A DNA stretch of 64,000 bases from Camelus dromedarius. Lineage: Eukaryota. Shown piece by piece: positions 38,040 to 50,380 of this stretch; position 1 is the stretch's first letter; every line of letters starts with the position of its first letter. Location of the stretch: the NCBI RefSeq assembly GCF_036321535.1, contig NC_087437.1, forward strand, positions 97,280,001-97,344,000, written 5' to 3'. Under the pieces are notes generated by a model. The model saw nothing but the letters and a program-made list of their open reading frames with translations. It was not told where the DNA came from and made no database searches. The position numbers and the translations under genes were made by a program.

Positions 38040-40200
38040 TTCGTGTGTGTGTGTGTGTGTGTGTGTGTGGCTAGAACACTTAAAATTTACTCCCCTATTT
38101 TGTTTCTTCAATAGGGATGGTCTCCATGTTCAAGAAAATTCAGGGTTCAAGAAGTTCTCTCCATCAGCAGATATCAAGTCAGAGGAAGGAGGACAAGATG
38201 AGGGTGTAGGGAAATTGACAGAGGTGGAAGCAAGTGTCTCACAGAAAGATTTTAGTAAAATTGTCACGTGTCACTTTTGCTAACCTTATATTGATCATAT
38301 TTTAGTTTAAGCTAGCCATACAGGAAGCTGTAAAGGGAAGTCTCTACTCTGGGTAGCCATGTTACCAGCTAAAACTTGGGGTTCCATTCCTTTAAGAAAA
38401 TCAGAGAATAGGTTTTGGGGAAAAACTATTGCTTTTCTCTGATGTGGGCCTCTAACGTGAGATATCATGATAGATGATAGATCCTCAGAAAAAAAAATTA
38501 CTAGTAACTTGTATCTGCTAACACAGTGACCCTTATTACTTTAGAGGCTTGAAATATCACATGTAATGAGATCAAGTCTATAATAAAACTAGAACCATAG
38601 AATTTCAGAGTCAGATCAGGCTGAAAAACCATATATTTTATAAAGAACAAAGTGCAGACATTTCTCACTAGTGGTGTCTTAGCTTTTGATTTTTTTTTTT
38701 TTCCTGAAAGACCATTCTTGCATGGATCTCAAATGTTTTAGATGCTCTCAACTTCCAATCATTCGTTCTAACACTACCCTTCAACTTAATGCCTCTCAAA
38801 TTTTTCTTTCCTCATTCAAGACAATTCTCTGAATATTAAGAAAAAGCTGCTTTCGCCCCTTGAGTATAACCCCCACAGTGACCTTTGGGCCAAATAATCT
38901 GTGTTTCATGAACACAAATTTTAGATTCATTATCATCTAAGTAATCCCTTCCTTTGGATTTCTGGGTGCTGTTAAGTTTAAGTCAATCTTAACATCTGAT
39001 TCAACAATATTCATTCATCCTAAAGCACAAGACATCCTTCATTTCTTCTTTCTTCCTAATTCAAGTTGAACGAGACATAACAGAAACGATCTGGCAGCTG
39101 CTGACGATACCCGTCCCCTCCCCATCCCCACCCTCCTCATTCCCATTGCTGACATGGAGAGCACAGCATGCAGCAAAAGTGTGTCTCACAGCTGCTTCCA
39201 CAGTTCATTTGTCCTGTGTCCTCTAGCATTAAGCCTAACGATTTTGACAAGAAAACCGTCACCTGGATCTATTTCCTTTTCTGTTAGATGTCAGTGTAAC
39301 ATCACCACGGGGACAATTCACTAGCCTCTGAAATTTCCAGGAAGAGGCCTTTATTTTATTTTATTTTTTTGCTTTTACTTTAAACCACTTAAACTATTCT
39401 AAAACAATCTGAAAATAATATTTAAATAATTATGCTTAATAGTACAATTATATACACACACTGATGTATTAATATACATATATATGCATATGTGCATATA
39501 TAAGCACTAATTCCTAAGTGGGAGAATTTGTTAATTAATCACCCTTAGCAGCAAAATAGCTTCCCATTAGTCAAGCCTCAGGTTAATTAATTCACCAGAT
39601 GATGAGTGATGTAAGTCCTAGTGCTTTCTTCCTAACTACTTACTATTCCATCCAGAAGACCTGCTCAATATATCTCTCACTGAGCAGCCTGCTTTCTGCC
39701 CCTGAGGAGGCTGACTTTTAGCACTCGATCTGATAACCATTTTCTTGGAATAAAAGATACTGAACATAATTTTTTTTTGACACAGATCTATTGAAAGTTG
39801 GTGGGAACAGTGGGACGATTTAGGATTGAACAAATGAACACCTTAAGGAGCAGCTACAGCCTGCTTTTGAGGTTGAGGATTTCTTATAAATAATAGCAAC
39901 CAAACATCCTAGGCAGTAAAGTCTGTATCACTGCAGGCATGGCATTCCCATCAGATCCACTGAAGTGAGTCACTGAAATTTTTTTTAAGGTAATTTTTAG
40001 GTAATATAAATGTCTGACCTTGTATCAGTAACTCCATTTGTGCCCTTGGCTGAGTCATTTAGCAACTCACTCCCAACTGCTTAAGGAGCATGTAGGGAAG
40101 ATCCAAATCAAAACTGTAAACACCAACTTTCAAATCTAGCTGACAGCTTATCCCCAAACTCCAAACTCATATATCTATTTATTCAACATCTACACTTGGA

Positions 40201-40760
40201 TGTAATGGTAGTGAGAATTTTAGGATCATTCCCATGACCTTCACCCTTTTATCCTCTTCTGCTTCCAATGTTACTCCTTTGATTATGTTCTTGTATGATA
40301 AAAAGAAAGATTATCTGAGTGAAACAAATCAAATTACAAGATCTTTAAAAGCAGAGAGATTTCTCAAGCTTTCAGCAGAAGACACATGGTGAAGCCAGAG
40401 AGATTTGAGTCAAGAGAAGAATTTGATGGATCATTACTGTGATGAAGATGGAGGGGCCATGAACAATGACCAGAGAGTGACCCCTTTCATAATAGCCAGC
40501 AAGGATATAGAGACCTCAATCCGACAACCACAAGGAACTGAGTTTTGTCAACAACTGGAATGAACCTGGAAATAGATTCTTTCTCAGAACCTAGAGATAA
40601 GACGTCAGTTTGGATAGGTCCTTGATTTTGAGATTTGAAGCTATAAGCAGAGAACACATCTGGACTTCTGACCTAGAGAAATGTGAGTTAATAACTAGGT
40701 CCTATTTTTAAGCTGCTAAGTTAGTGGCAATTTGTCATGTATCAATAGACAACTAATACA
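40201..40760 (+). mobile_element. MLT1E-like MaLR solo LTR inserted in L2
   Basis: TG...CA termini; 'aaggaactgagttttgtcaacaac..gaatgaacctggaa'; 3' end 'aagctgctaag..gtggcaatttgt..actaataca'. Confidence 0.8.
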
Positions 40761-41735
40761 GAAGTCTAACAAGTATCTCACACTGAACCTGTTAAAAAAA
40801 CAATTCTTGGTCTTTCCACTCAATCATGTTTTTGCAGACTTTCCCTTTTACTTAATGGCAACTTCATTCTCCCATTTGTTCAGGCAAAGAAACCTGGAGT
40901 AATTCTCAAATCCAATATAAAAGCCATCTCAAATTTGTTAAATCAGTGTCTATAAAATACCTAGAATTTAATCAATCCCCAGTCTTTTCACTACTCTCAC
41001 CTTCTCTGAGCTACTAACATCTCTCACCTTTTATCCCAAGAGTCAACTAACAGGTCTTCCTACTTCAACCCTACCACACCTTCTTCTTACATATTTTGTC
41101 AACACAGTATATACAGAAGGATCTTCTAATAACTTAGGTCATATTACAACTTTTCTCAAAAATCTGCATCATCTCCCCATTTAACACAGAGTAAAACCCA
41201 AAGCTCAAGCAATGACCTTGAATTTCTTTATCTGCTCTTTCCCCATCTGGTTTGACCTCATCTCTTCCTCTTCTCCTCTTTACTCAGTCTGCATCAGCTA
41301 TCCTGGCTTCCTTAACAGTACAAGACTCAAAGATGTGTTTGCCTTAGAGTGTTTGATCTAATAGTCCCTTATACTAACTTCAGCTTCATTAGATTCCTCA
41401 TTTGTTTCAGGCTTTTGCTCAGATTTTGCCTTCTCAATGACACTTATGCCAACCACCTTTGAAGCATGATCCCCATCCTCACTCCTAGCCCTGGAGATCT
41501 CCCTTATGCTGCTTGGATTTTTTTTTTTTTTCATTTTCCCATAACATTAATTTCAGCATGCTGCTTACATTACTTCTTTACTGTGTTTTTGTATTTCTTT
41601 CCCATCTCCCCCTAAACAGAATGTAAGCTCCTTAAGAGCAGGAATTTTTGTTAGTTTTTGTCATTAATATACATTGAATATTTAATTAGTATGCAAAAGG
41701 AGCACAGTAAATATTTGTTAAGCAAATGAATAAAG
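40761..41735 (+). mobile_element. L2a 3' region
   Basis: Pyrimidine-rich L2 body, 'gaatgtaagctccttaagagcagg', and end 'aaatatttgttaagcaaatgaataaa'. Confidence 0.8.
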
Positions 41736-41984
41736 TGTAAGCACTTTGGGACATTGATTAAAGGACAATGCCACCTTCAGATCTGAGGCTCTGGGATGCT
41801 CCAGGCAGAGGGATGTTCAAATGGACACTGAATAATGATAGCGAAACGAGAGCTGCCTTGAACACATCAATCTAGCCATAAACCTAATTTAAACAACAGT
41901 AACAAAACGTGATACTGCCTCTCTCTTTGGGAATTTGCATGATAGAGATAAAACGAATATGCATTCCTGGCTCTACTATATACC

Positions 41985-42145
41985 AGCAGTGAGTCCCTGA
42001 TTAACTTTTTAATCATTCTGTGTCTCATATTCCTCATCTTTAAAATCAAGATAACAATATATATCCTAGAGGGTTGTTTTGAAGTTAAGAGAGATCACAG
42101 ATTAAAAGTGTCTGACAGAGAGTGTGTACTCTAAGAATATTAGAT
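41985..42145 (+). mobile_element. MIR SINE
   Basis: 'ctgtgtctcatattcctcatctttaaaat..gataacaat..agggttgttttgaag'. Confidence 0.65.
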
Positions 42146-43744
42146 TTCTCCCATTCTGTGCATTCTTTAACTTCAGATTGTTGAAGTATTGCCAAGGGGT
42201 TGAATCCATCCAAATGATACCACCTGAAGCCATGACACTTACTGTAGGAAACTTTTCAAATACTCTCCCTCATCCTGATTTCGGAATGGGGCTCAGAATA
42301 AGGTCCTTAGAGACACAATTTAGAGACCTCACCCCTACCTCCAATCTCTTAGTTTGAACCCTCAAGTTCCTTGCCTTATACTTGATTCAGACTCATTCTA
42401 TATGCCCTGCTCTGATCTACATCGACTTCTCTCCCTTTCTATTTTCCCCTCCCCCCCATTACTTTACTGCCTCCTGTACCCTTGCACAATCCAGTCTAAC
42501 TCATCTTTGTGGCTCCTACAAAAAACCTGGAACAGGTCTTTGAACAGAGTATTGTTCAGAGTGATAGGAAGTAACCCACACTTATAGTTCCTCCATGGTG
42601 GCATATCTTAGAGAAGCCTGTATATCCCAGGGTTTTTATTCCTATGTTTCAGGACTGGGCTTAGTGAGGACTTTTCCAGGGAGCATTAACTCTAGGCTCT
42701 TACGGCCTCCATCTGGGGTCAGTACTTTAGGAACATCTTAAATCACATCCTCTCTGTGGGAATAAAGTCAGACAATCTATGTGGCTCTCTCTGCCCCTTG
42801 TATCTGTTCTTTTTTTATGGCTGTTTTCCTTTTAAAAAAAAAAAATCTATGTTGCAGCATTCAGAAAGAAACTAGAGCGCTAGCTTGAAACATGATTTCT
42901 CTTCTAAGCACACTCCTTCATTTGCTTATTTTTTTTATCACAAGGTTCCTTTGGGAATTAAATATAGTTTTAAATGTTTGTCTCAAGTGGGATCTTTTTG
43001 AAAGGTAAGAAATGAGCTTTCTTTTTTCTAAATTACTTGGATCTTTTTTTTTTTTTTTGCTAAGTGCAATTCCTAAAGCTGAAGTTATAAACATTATTTT
43101 TCTCCTTGGAAAAAGACAATTAGGCACCATTTTAAAAAGAGATTTTAAAAAGTGATATTTAAGCAAATATGCCACAAGTGACATACCTTGACACATGGGT
43201 ATAGTCTCGGCATGTGGACCTCTGCTATGGCATAATTATACAATGAGGAATTTCCACATGATAAAAATGAACATCTGGGTGGTCCCATAGCACCTCTGGC
43301 CTGGTTTACTTAGAGGTCATCAGGGAGATGGGATGTTCTAGGGAAAGCATGGCATGGCCACAGGAGGCATTTTTTAAAAGGGGATTTAGGGTGGGCAGCC
43401 TCCCCAGCTTAGTACATTAACCCCTCCCTTTAGAGATGATGAAATCCAGTTTTAGAGAGACAATGACTTGCTCTTAGAAATTACGTGCCTGTTTGCAGCT
43501 TTAACTTCCTCATCTGTAACAGAAGAGTTGTCTGCATTTTCTCTGTACCATTAGAAAATATGAAAGTTTGGTTTCACCTAAGACCATTCTGTCTACTATC
43601 CCATATATTCCTTATATTAGACAATTGCCTCCGTGAATTGACTGGAGGTTCAAGGAGATACACCGCTCATTCTGGGGACTCAAATTCTTCAACAGAAGAC
43701 ATACTCCTTAATGTTTCACATCTCCTCACATCCTCCCACTTTTT

Positions 43745-44152
43745 ATTATTACTAAAGACTTTTTTTTAAAGTAGTTTTAGGTTCACAGCCTATTTGAGAG
43801 GAAGTTACAGATATTTCTTACATACCTCCTGCCCCACACACGCACAGCCTCCCCATTATCAACAGCCCCACAAGAGGGGTACATTTACCGTAACCATGAA
43901 CCCACACTGACACATCATTATCACTTAAAGTCCACAGGTCATGGGACACACTTGGTATTGTACACTCTAAAAGTCTGGACAAACTTTAATCTGTTAAGAT
44001 AATCTCTATAATAATATAAACATACAGATTATCTTCACTGCCCTGAACATCATCTGTGCTCCACCTCCAATCCCTGGCAACAATCTTTTTATTGTCCCCA
44101 GTTTCACCTTTTCCAGAATGTCATGTAGTTAGAATCATACAATATGTAGCCC
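43745..44152 (-). mobile_element. L1MC-like 3' end
   Basis: 'agttttaggttcacag..cctcctgccccacacacgcacagcctcccc..ttttccagaatgtcatgtagttagaatcatacaatatgtagcc'. Confidence 0.85.
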
Positions 44153-44735
44153 AGACCCTTTTTTCAAATAAACCAGGTATGATGTAAATAAATAAAGATA
44201 ATGTGGCAGTTATGTCTTTAGAGACATATAGTTAATTAATGAGATACTGATGTGACTGTAGTTTTAAAGTTGCTTTTTAATCTTCCCTCTGCTTGTAACT
44301 CCTAGTCCACTAAGTCATCCACCTACCTATTTTTAAGCCACTAAATATGTAAAATGATTTCCAAGAAAGCAGTCAAATGTTCCGGAGGTTAGGCACTGGC
44401 ACTGCATGTAATTCCTCAAAGAATGGCCCTCATCCAGCACTAATGCGCCACAGTCCCATAGTTATGCAGGACATATTTATACAATGTTGACTCTATTCCA
44501 GTAATTGGAGAGGTACTGAGGCAGGATAGAAAGATAAAATTGTGGGAGACTAGAAGTGTTTTAACAAACATTTGAATAAAATGCTGTAGGAGAAAGAGGG
44601 AGGCAAGATTAATCCTTCTTGCTAGGGGTAGGAAGAACCAAAAGATTTTAACTAAGAAAATGCTACTGGAACAGGTCCTCTGAGGATACACAGAATTCTA
44701 ATCTGTGCTAATAGAGGAAGGGAAGTCATAGAAAT

Positions 44736-45193
44736 CGTATATTGGCTGCTGTAACAAATGACCACAATATGGTGGTTTAAAACAAAAGAAACATTCTCTC
44801 ACAATTCTTGAGGTGAGAAGTCTGGAATCTTGGGGCCAGCAGGGCATGACCATCCTCTGCCTGGAGCCTGTAGGGAAAGTCCTTCCTTGCCCTCTTCAGC
44901 TTCTGAGCACTGTCCACATTTCTGGGCCTCCTTGGTTTATGGTCATAGCTCTCTAATCTCTGCCTCCATCACCAAGTTCTTTTGTCCTCTGTGTGTCTGT
45001 TCTTTTCAGTCTGTCTCTCATAAGAACACTTGTCATTGAATTCAGGGCCAACCCAGATAATCCAAGTTGATCCCGTCTCCAGATCTTTAACTTAGTTATA
45101 TCTGCTAAGACTCTTTTTCCAAATAAGTTTGCATTGATGGATGCCAGGGATTTAAGATGGATCTTCTGGGGGAACGTTTTTCAGCTTACTACG
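44736..45193 (-). mobile_element. MLT1B/C-type MaLR solo LTR
   Basis: 'ggctgctgtaacaaatgaccacaa..ggtggtttaaaacaa', 'cataagaacacttgtcattgaatt', 'aagactctttttccaaataag'. Confidence 0.85.
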
Positions 45194-47060
45194 AATACAA
45201 ATGCATTTTATGAGTGGCTGTCTGACTGTGTTTTTCTTGAGAATTGATGCAGGGAGTTGGGTTCAAGGTCAGTAAGGGCAGGCTATTGCTAGAAAGACCT
45301 TCAGAGTCCAGCATTCTACTAGCATTCCTTACCTTGATTCTGTTTTGAAAAGTACTATTTTTTAAGCTGAAGAAGTGTGATTATTGTAGAAACTCAACAC
45401 TTCTTTCTTCTTCTTCTTCTTTTTTTTTTTTTTTTAATGAGGTAACAGGCTTAGGAAGGTTAGATAATTTAGTCAAAGTCACATCAGTAATTAAAGGCAC
45501 CCTAAGTGGCAAATTCAGTTGCAAATACAGTCATTCAACTTTTAATGTCTTGGATAAGAGCTTTTAAACTGTATTTTCCCTTTCCCCTCAGTTTATTGAA
45601 GACAAACGAATCACACACACACTTACACCCACAGAATTGAATATAATGGTATATACATTAACTTCCTCAGTGAGTCCTTAGAGGTAAAGTCATAGAGAAT
45701 TTTTTTGGGGGGGAGGGGCAAGGAAGCAAGATGGCTGAGTAGAAGGATGCTTGTAGCTCACCCTCTCTCACAAATACAGCAAAACTCACATCTATGGACC
45801 TACTCAGCCAACTAGAGCACCTGCCAAACTCCAACAGAACACTGCCCTCTTCGAAAGACAAAGACGCCAAAAATCTAGTAGGAGAAAAGGAAAAAAAGAA
45901 AGAAGAAAAAGCAAAACAGTGCAGGACCGATCCCACAGGGAGGGAGTGGCAAAGAAGGACAGGCGCTCGTTCGCTGGGTTCCCCCCCCCCCTCCAACGGA
46001 GAGGCCAGCGGGACAGAAGGGGAGCCTCTGAGGCTCAGATCTGCCCCGAGCACCCCTTGACCAACAGAACTGAGTTAAACGGGCACAAAGGGTGTCCGCG
46101 ACACCCAGCCCGAGATGCAAGCCGGCAGCTGGGGCCGGGACAGGCCGCCCAAGCCGGGCAGAGGATGGGGGCAGCTGTGCTGAGGCAGCCCCAAGGGATT
46201 GTGGGTGCTGCGTGCCATCGCTGGGAGGGGATATGGAACAGAACAACCTTGGTCCCCCATAAATTGTGAAAAAAGAAAAGCAAAATGGCTGGTGTGCCAT
46301 GGGGGGTGGGGTGCCGTAGTCTTTTTCTCCTCAGACCTGTGCTGCCATTATTAGTGCATCTCGGAAGAAGAGAGGCAGGGCTCAGCCACAGCCGCCATCT
46401 CCTCCTGTGCCCAGTGCCCTGATGGGGGAGGGGCCAAGACCTGAATCCACACCCAGGGGCTCTGCAACCTCCTAGGCAGGACTGAGACTTGTTTACAGCC
46501 TGAGGCAGATAGGATCTTTCTGCCCTGGCACCTCAGAGAACTTGCGCCGCCAAGACAAACAAGGAGCTGAGATTTGGCACGGAGCAGGGGCAGGGTCATT
46601 CTGCAGTCTTCCCTGAGCCCGCCTTCTGAGTGTCCACCCGAGGTGGAGTGGGCAGCTGCACAGAGCAGCAGAGCAACCAGCGCCGGGAGAGGGCGGGCGG
46701 CCAACTGCCTTCCTGGCATGAACACAGCACCTGACCATGGTGCTGGGAGAGGGCAAGATCCACCCACCTGCCTCCCCACAGCGTAGCATGTGACTAGGGC
46801 ATTGGGAGGGGGATGACCCACCCGCCCACCAGATAAGAGCTCAGCTCCTGACCCAGTGTTAGGAGGGGGCATGACCTACTAGCTAAGAGCCACTGGGAGC
46901 AGCACAGACGAGGGCACCAACAGAGGGCCTCTGAAAACAGCAAGCTGAGTTCGCGAAACAGGGCGAAGACACAAAGACCTCTTGACAAAATCATTAAGAG
47001 CACACTGTCTCCAGGAGAACTAGATGACTGATACTCCTTAAGCCACAGTGCCAGAGAGAT

Positions 47061-47961
47061 ATGAGCAATATGAAGAAGCAGAGGAACCACCCCCAATTAA
47101 AGGATCAAAAGAAATCCCCTGAAAGCACGATCAAGGAAGTAGACATTGATGGCCTACTAGATCAAGATTTCAAAAAAGGACTGATCAAAGTACTGAAGGA
47201 ACTAAAAGAAATAGTGTTTAGAGATATAAAATATCTCAAAAATGAAATAGAAGCTACAAAGAAGAACCAAGTAAAATTAGTACTCATTTGCTGAGATGAG
47301 AGATGACCCAAAAGCTGTACAAAGCAGGCTAGATAATGCAGAGGAACGAATAAGTGACCTAGAAGACAGGACAACAGAAAGCACCTGATCAGAACAGCTG
47401 AGAGAAAAACAAATAAAAAACAATGAAAACAATATAAGGGACTTATGGGATAATATAAAGCATGCCAATCTACACATAATAGGGGTTCCAGAAGGGGACG
47501 AAAGAACAAAGGGGATTGAAAAGGTATTTGAAGAAATCATGACTGAAAACTTCCCAAACCTAAAGAAAGAATCAGATATCCAAGTACAGGAGGCTCAGAA
47601 GGTCCCAAACAGGAAGAACCCAAACAGACCCACACCAAGACATATCATAATCAAGATGGCCAGAGTCAAGGATAAAGAAATGATCCTAAAGGCAGCAAGA
47701 CAAAAACAAAGAGTGAGTTACAAGGGAACCCCCATAAGGCTCTCAGTTGATTTCTCTACACAAACACTACAGGCCAGAAGGGAGTGGCAAGATATATTCA
47801 AAGTCCTGAATGAATAAAAGATGCAGCCTAGGATACTCTATCCAGCAAGGCTATCCTTTAGAATAGAAGGAGAGATAAAGAACTTCACAGACAAGCAAAA
47901 ACTAAAAGAGTTTAGCAACGCTAAACCCATGCTAAAAGAAATATTGACAGGTCTACTCTAA
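47061..47961 (+). pseudogene. L1 ORF1p, disrupted
   Basis: Motifs EERISDLED, LWDNIK..NLHIIGVPEG, ARREW and YPARLSF. One frameshift (about 47280) and premature stops at 47386-47388 and 47815-47817; the natural TAA ends at 47961. Confidence 0.95.
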
Positions 47962-48096
47962 ATAGTAAAGAAGCAGGATGCTACAAAAATGAGAAACTTA
48001 TAACTGGAAAGGAGATAACTGCCATGAATTACAAAAAAAATAAAATTGTAAAAGAAGACATCTAAATCATTAAGAGTGGGAGAGGGTAGCAAGGAA

Positions 48097-48467
48097 AGCC
48101 ACTGTGGAAAACAGTATGGAGATTTCTCAAAAGACTAGGAATAGACTTATCGTATGACCCAGGAATCCTGCTCCGGGGCATATATCCAGAAGGAACCCTA
48201 CTTCAAAATGACACCTGCACCCCAATGTTCATAGCAGCACTATTTACAATAGCCAAGACATGAAAGCAGCCTAGATGTCCATCAACAGATGACTGAATAA
48301 AGAAGAGGTGGTATATTTATACGATGGAATACTATTCAGCCACAAAAACCGACAACATAATGCCATTTGCAGCAACATGGGTGTTCCTGCAGAATGTCAT
48401 TCAAAGTGAAGTAAGCCAGAAAGAGAAAGAAAAATACCATATGAGATCGCTTATATGAGGAATCTAA
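48097..48467 (+). pseudogene. L1 ORF2p C-terminal remnant (about 120 codons)
   Basis: Translates PLWKTVWRFLKRLGIDLSYDPGILLRGIYP..CTPMFIAALFTIAKT*KQPRCPSTDD*IKKRWYIYTMEYYSA. Confidence 0.92.
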
Positions 48468-49959
48468 AACAAACAAACAAACAAACAAAACATAAATACA
48501 AAACAGAAACAGACTCATAGACATAGAATACCAACTTGTGGTTGCCAAGGGGGTGGGGGGGTAGGAAGGGACAGAATGGGATTTTAAAATGCAGAATAGA
48601 TAAACAAGATTATACTGTATAGCACAGGGGAAAATATACAAGATCTTGTGGTAGCTCATAGTGAAAAAAAAAATGTGACAATGAATATATACATGCTCAT
48701 ATATGACTGAAAAACTGTGCTCTACACTAGAATTTGACACAACATTGTAAAATAACTATTACTCAATAAAAAAATGTTAAAAAAAATTTTTTTTATAACT
48801 CCACTATACGGCGGAGGTTTTTCAGCAGTGGAAAATAAGGATGTACATATATCATAATATTTAAAACAACATACTGTAATTCCTTGTTTGCATATTTGCT
48901 TCACAGAAATAAAAACTTCTTGAGGACAGTCTGTATAGCAACAGTGACTAGTTTTGTTTCCAAGTCACATCCCTTTTAAGATACTCTCCATGCACCTAGT
49001 TTTGGTGGCCATTAGAACCCTGTGACTACCCTCCCAGTCCTAAATACCACAAGAGAATTAATCTATGGGCTGAGATACACTTCTTTCAATAAGCAATTCA
49101 AGTGGAGAACATTAGAGTCTACATTATTATGTCTCAGTCACGTTATTGGTGGAGTACATGAGTCAAAGTCCATTAATTCTTGTTCTGAGATCCTACGGGC
49201 TGCCCAAGCATCTTTCCTAAGTACCTCTTTATCTGAGCTAGTAACTTATACTTGACCTGATTGACCTAACATTTCCCCGTAAGCTGAATAAAAATATCCT
49301 ACCTGGATTAATGGCCTCCTGAATCCCCTCTGTGATCTTTAGCAAGTGAGGTTTGGGAAATGTCACCTGCCTATAAATAAAAGATCTTAGAGGAACCACC
49401 ACTCATCTGGGAAACAAGGCAAAAACCACTTTTCACCAGGACACTTTTTCACCTTTATGTTATCCTTTACTGAAGAACCAAATTTATAATCAGAGGCAAA
49501 TACTTTTGCCTGCATCCATCTGACCATTGGCTATCACCTGCAAGGCTAATGACCAGTTAAAAATTCAAGAAAGGCATTTCTAAATCTAAGTACATTTTAC
49601 AGACAAATATTCCACCTGTCACAATATGCCACTTTTGAAAAACAAAACAGAGTCTATCAGTTGCTGTGCAGTATGGTGCACCATCCCACCCTCGTGTGTT
49701 AGAGCGGCATGGGATGACTGACACTAGTGTGCAAAAGGAACATACAAAAATCACAGAAAGACACTGGAGGAAATGATCTAAATGGGAAGTGACATTTGGC
49801 TAAAAACTGGACAATGGCTAATTGGGGCCATTTAAAGTGAGGAAGGCCATCAGCCCAGTGATGGCCCCTTCAAGCTACTCCATCAAACAGATGCCTGACA
49901 TCACACGTAACTTTCTTCTAGTCTCTTCGCAGCAACACCTGGTTCTCCCCCTGAGGCAG

Positions 49960-50315
49960 GGATGATAATGTTCACCAAATATTTCACTTGTTCCCTACAT
50001 TTTTTTTAGGCTTTTAGAAGTTGAGTGGAGCCCCATGGCTAGGAATGGTCAATGCAACATGAGCTAAAGTGATGTGTATCAATTCTGAACTGAGTAGTCA
50101 AATGCATTTGTGGAATTCTCCATTCTCAACTGCCACAGAGAAATCAGAGGAGGAGTGCTTCACAGAGCACAGCCCCAGGGTTGTGGAATGCCTGCCATAT
50201 TGGATCCGTGAGTGATTTATGGAGCAGAGCCATCTGCAACCCCCCTAATCATCTCCTAGCTTTAAGCCACTGAAATTTTGAGAGCCTTTCTTCTAAACTA
50301 TCTGAGTTGAATATG
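49960..50315 (+). mobile_element. MLT1J-like MaLR LTR
   Basis: 'ggtcaatgcaacatgagctaaagtgatgtg' and 'tttaagccactgaaattttgagag'. Confidence 0.6.
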
Positions 50316-50380
50316 TGAAAGAAAAGCCAAGTCTTGATAAAAGGAGAACGAAGAGTAATAGAAAGAATAGGGACTCAAAA

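Larger units (their letters stand above)
36935..38430 (-). mobile_element. MLT1-type LTR (about 36935-37065 and 38105-38430) split by nested L1 pieces
   Basis: Left part 'aatttattttctctcatgaaaaagtctgg'; right part 'ggaagctgtaaagggaagtctctactctgggtagccatg'. Confidence 0.5.
45707..48786 (+). mobile_element. 5'-complete L1 with nearly all of ORF2 deleted (5'UTR, ORF1, partial spacer, ORF2 tail, 3'UTR, poly-A)
   Basis: G-run start plus YY1-type caagatggc (45727-45735), GC/CpG-rich 5'UTR, ORF1, then a junction at about 48097 into ORF2 'PLWKTVWRFLK'. AATAAA and poly-A follow. Candidate TSD aattttttt at 45698-45706 and 48785-48793. Confidence 0.95.

Noticed and set aside
35750..38400. Similar ~50-bp sequences at about 35757 and 38349 as a local duplication or paired LTRs
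   Set aside because: These are diverged copies of the same MLT1 motif with no retroviral internal sequence between them.
45667..46789. Stack of overlapping ORFs on both strands
   Set aside because: All lie in the GC-rich L1 5'UTR, where stop codons are rare. They are not host genes.
48255..48300. Two TGG-to-TGA stops in the ORF2 remnant as an APOBEC3 editing signature
   Set aside because: By-eye comparison with the 37.2-kb copy shows substitutions of all types in both directions, with no clear G-to-A excess.
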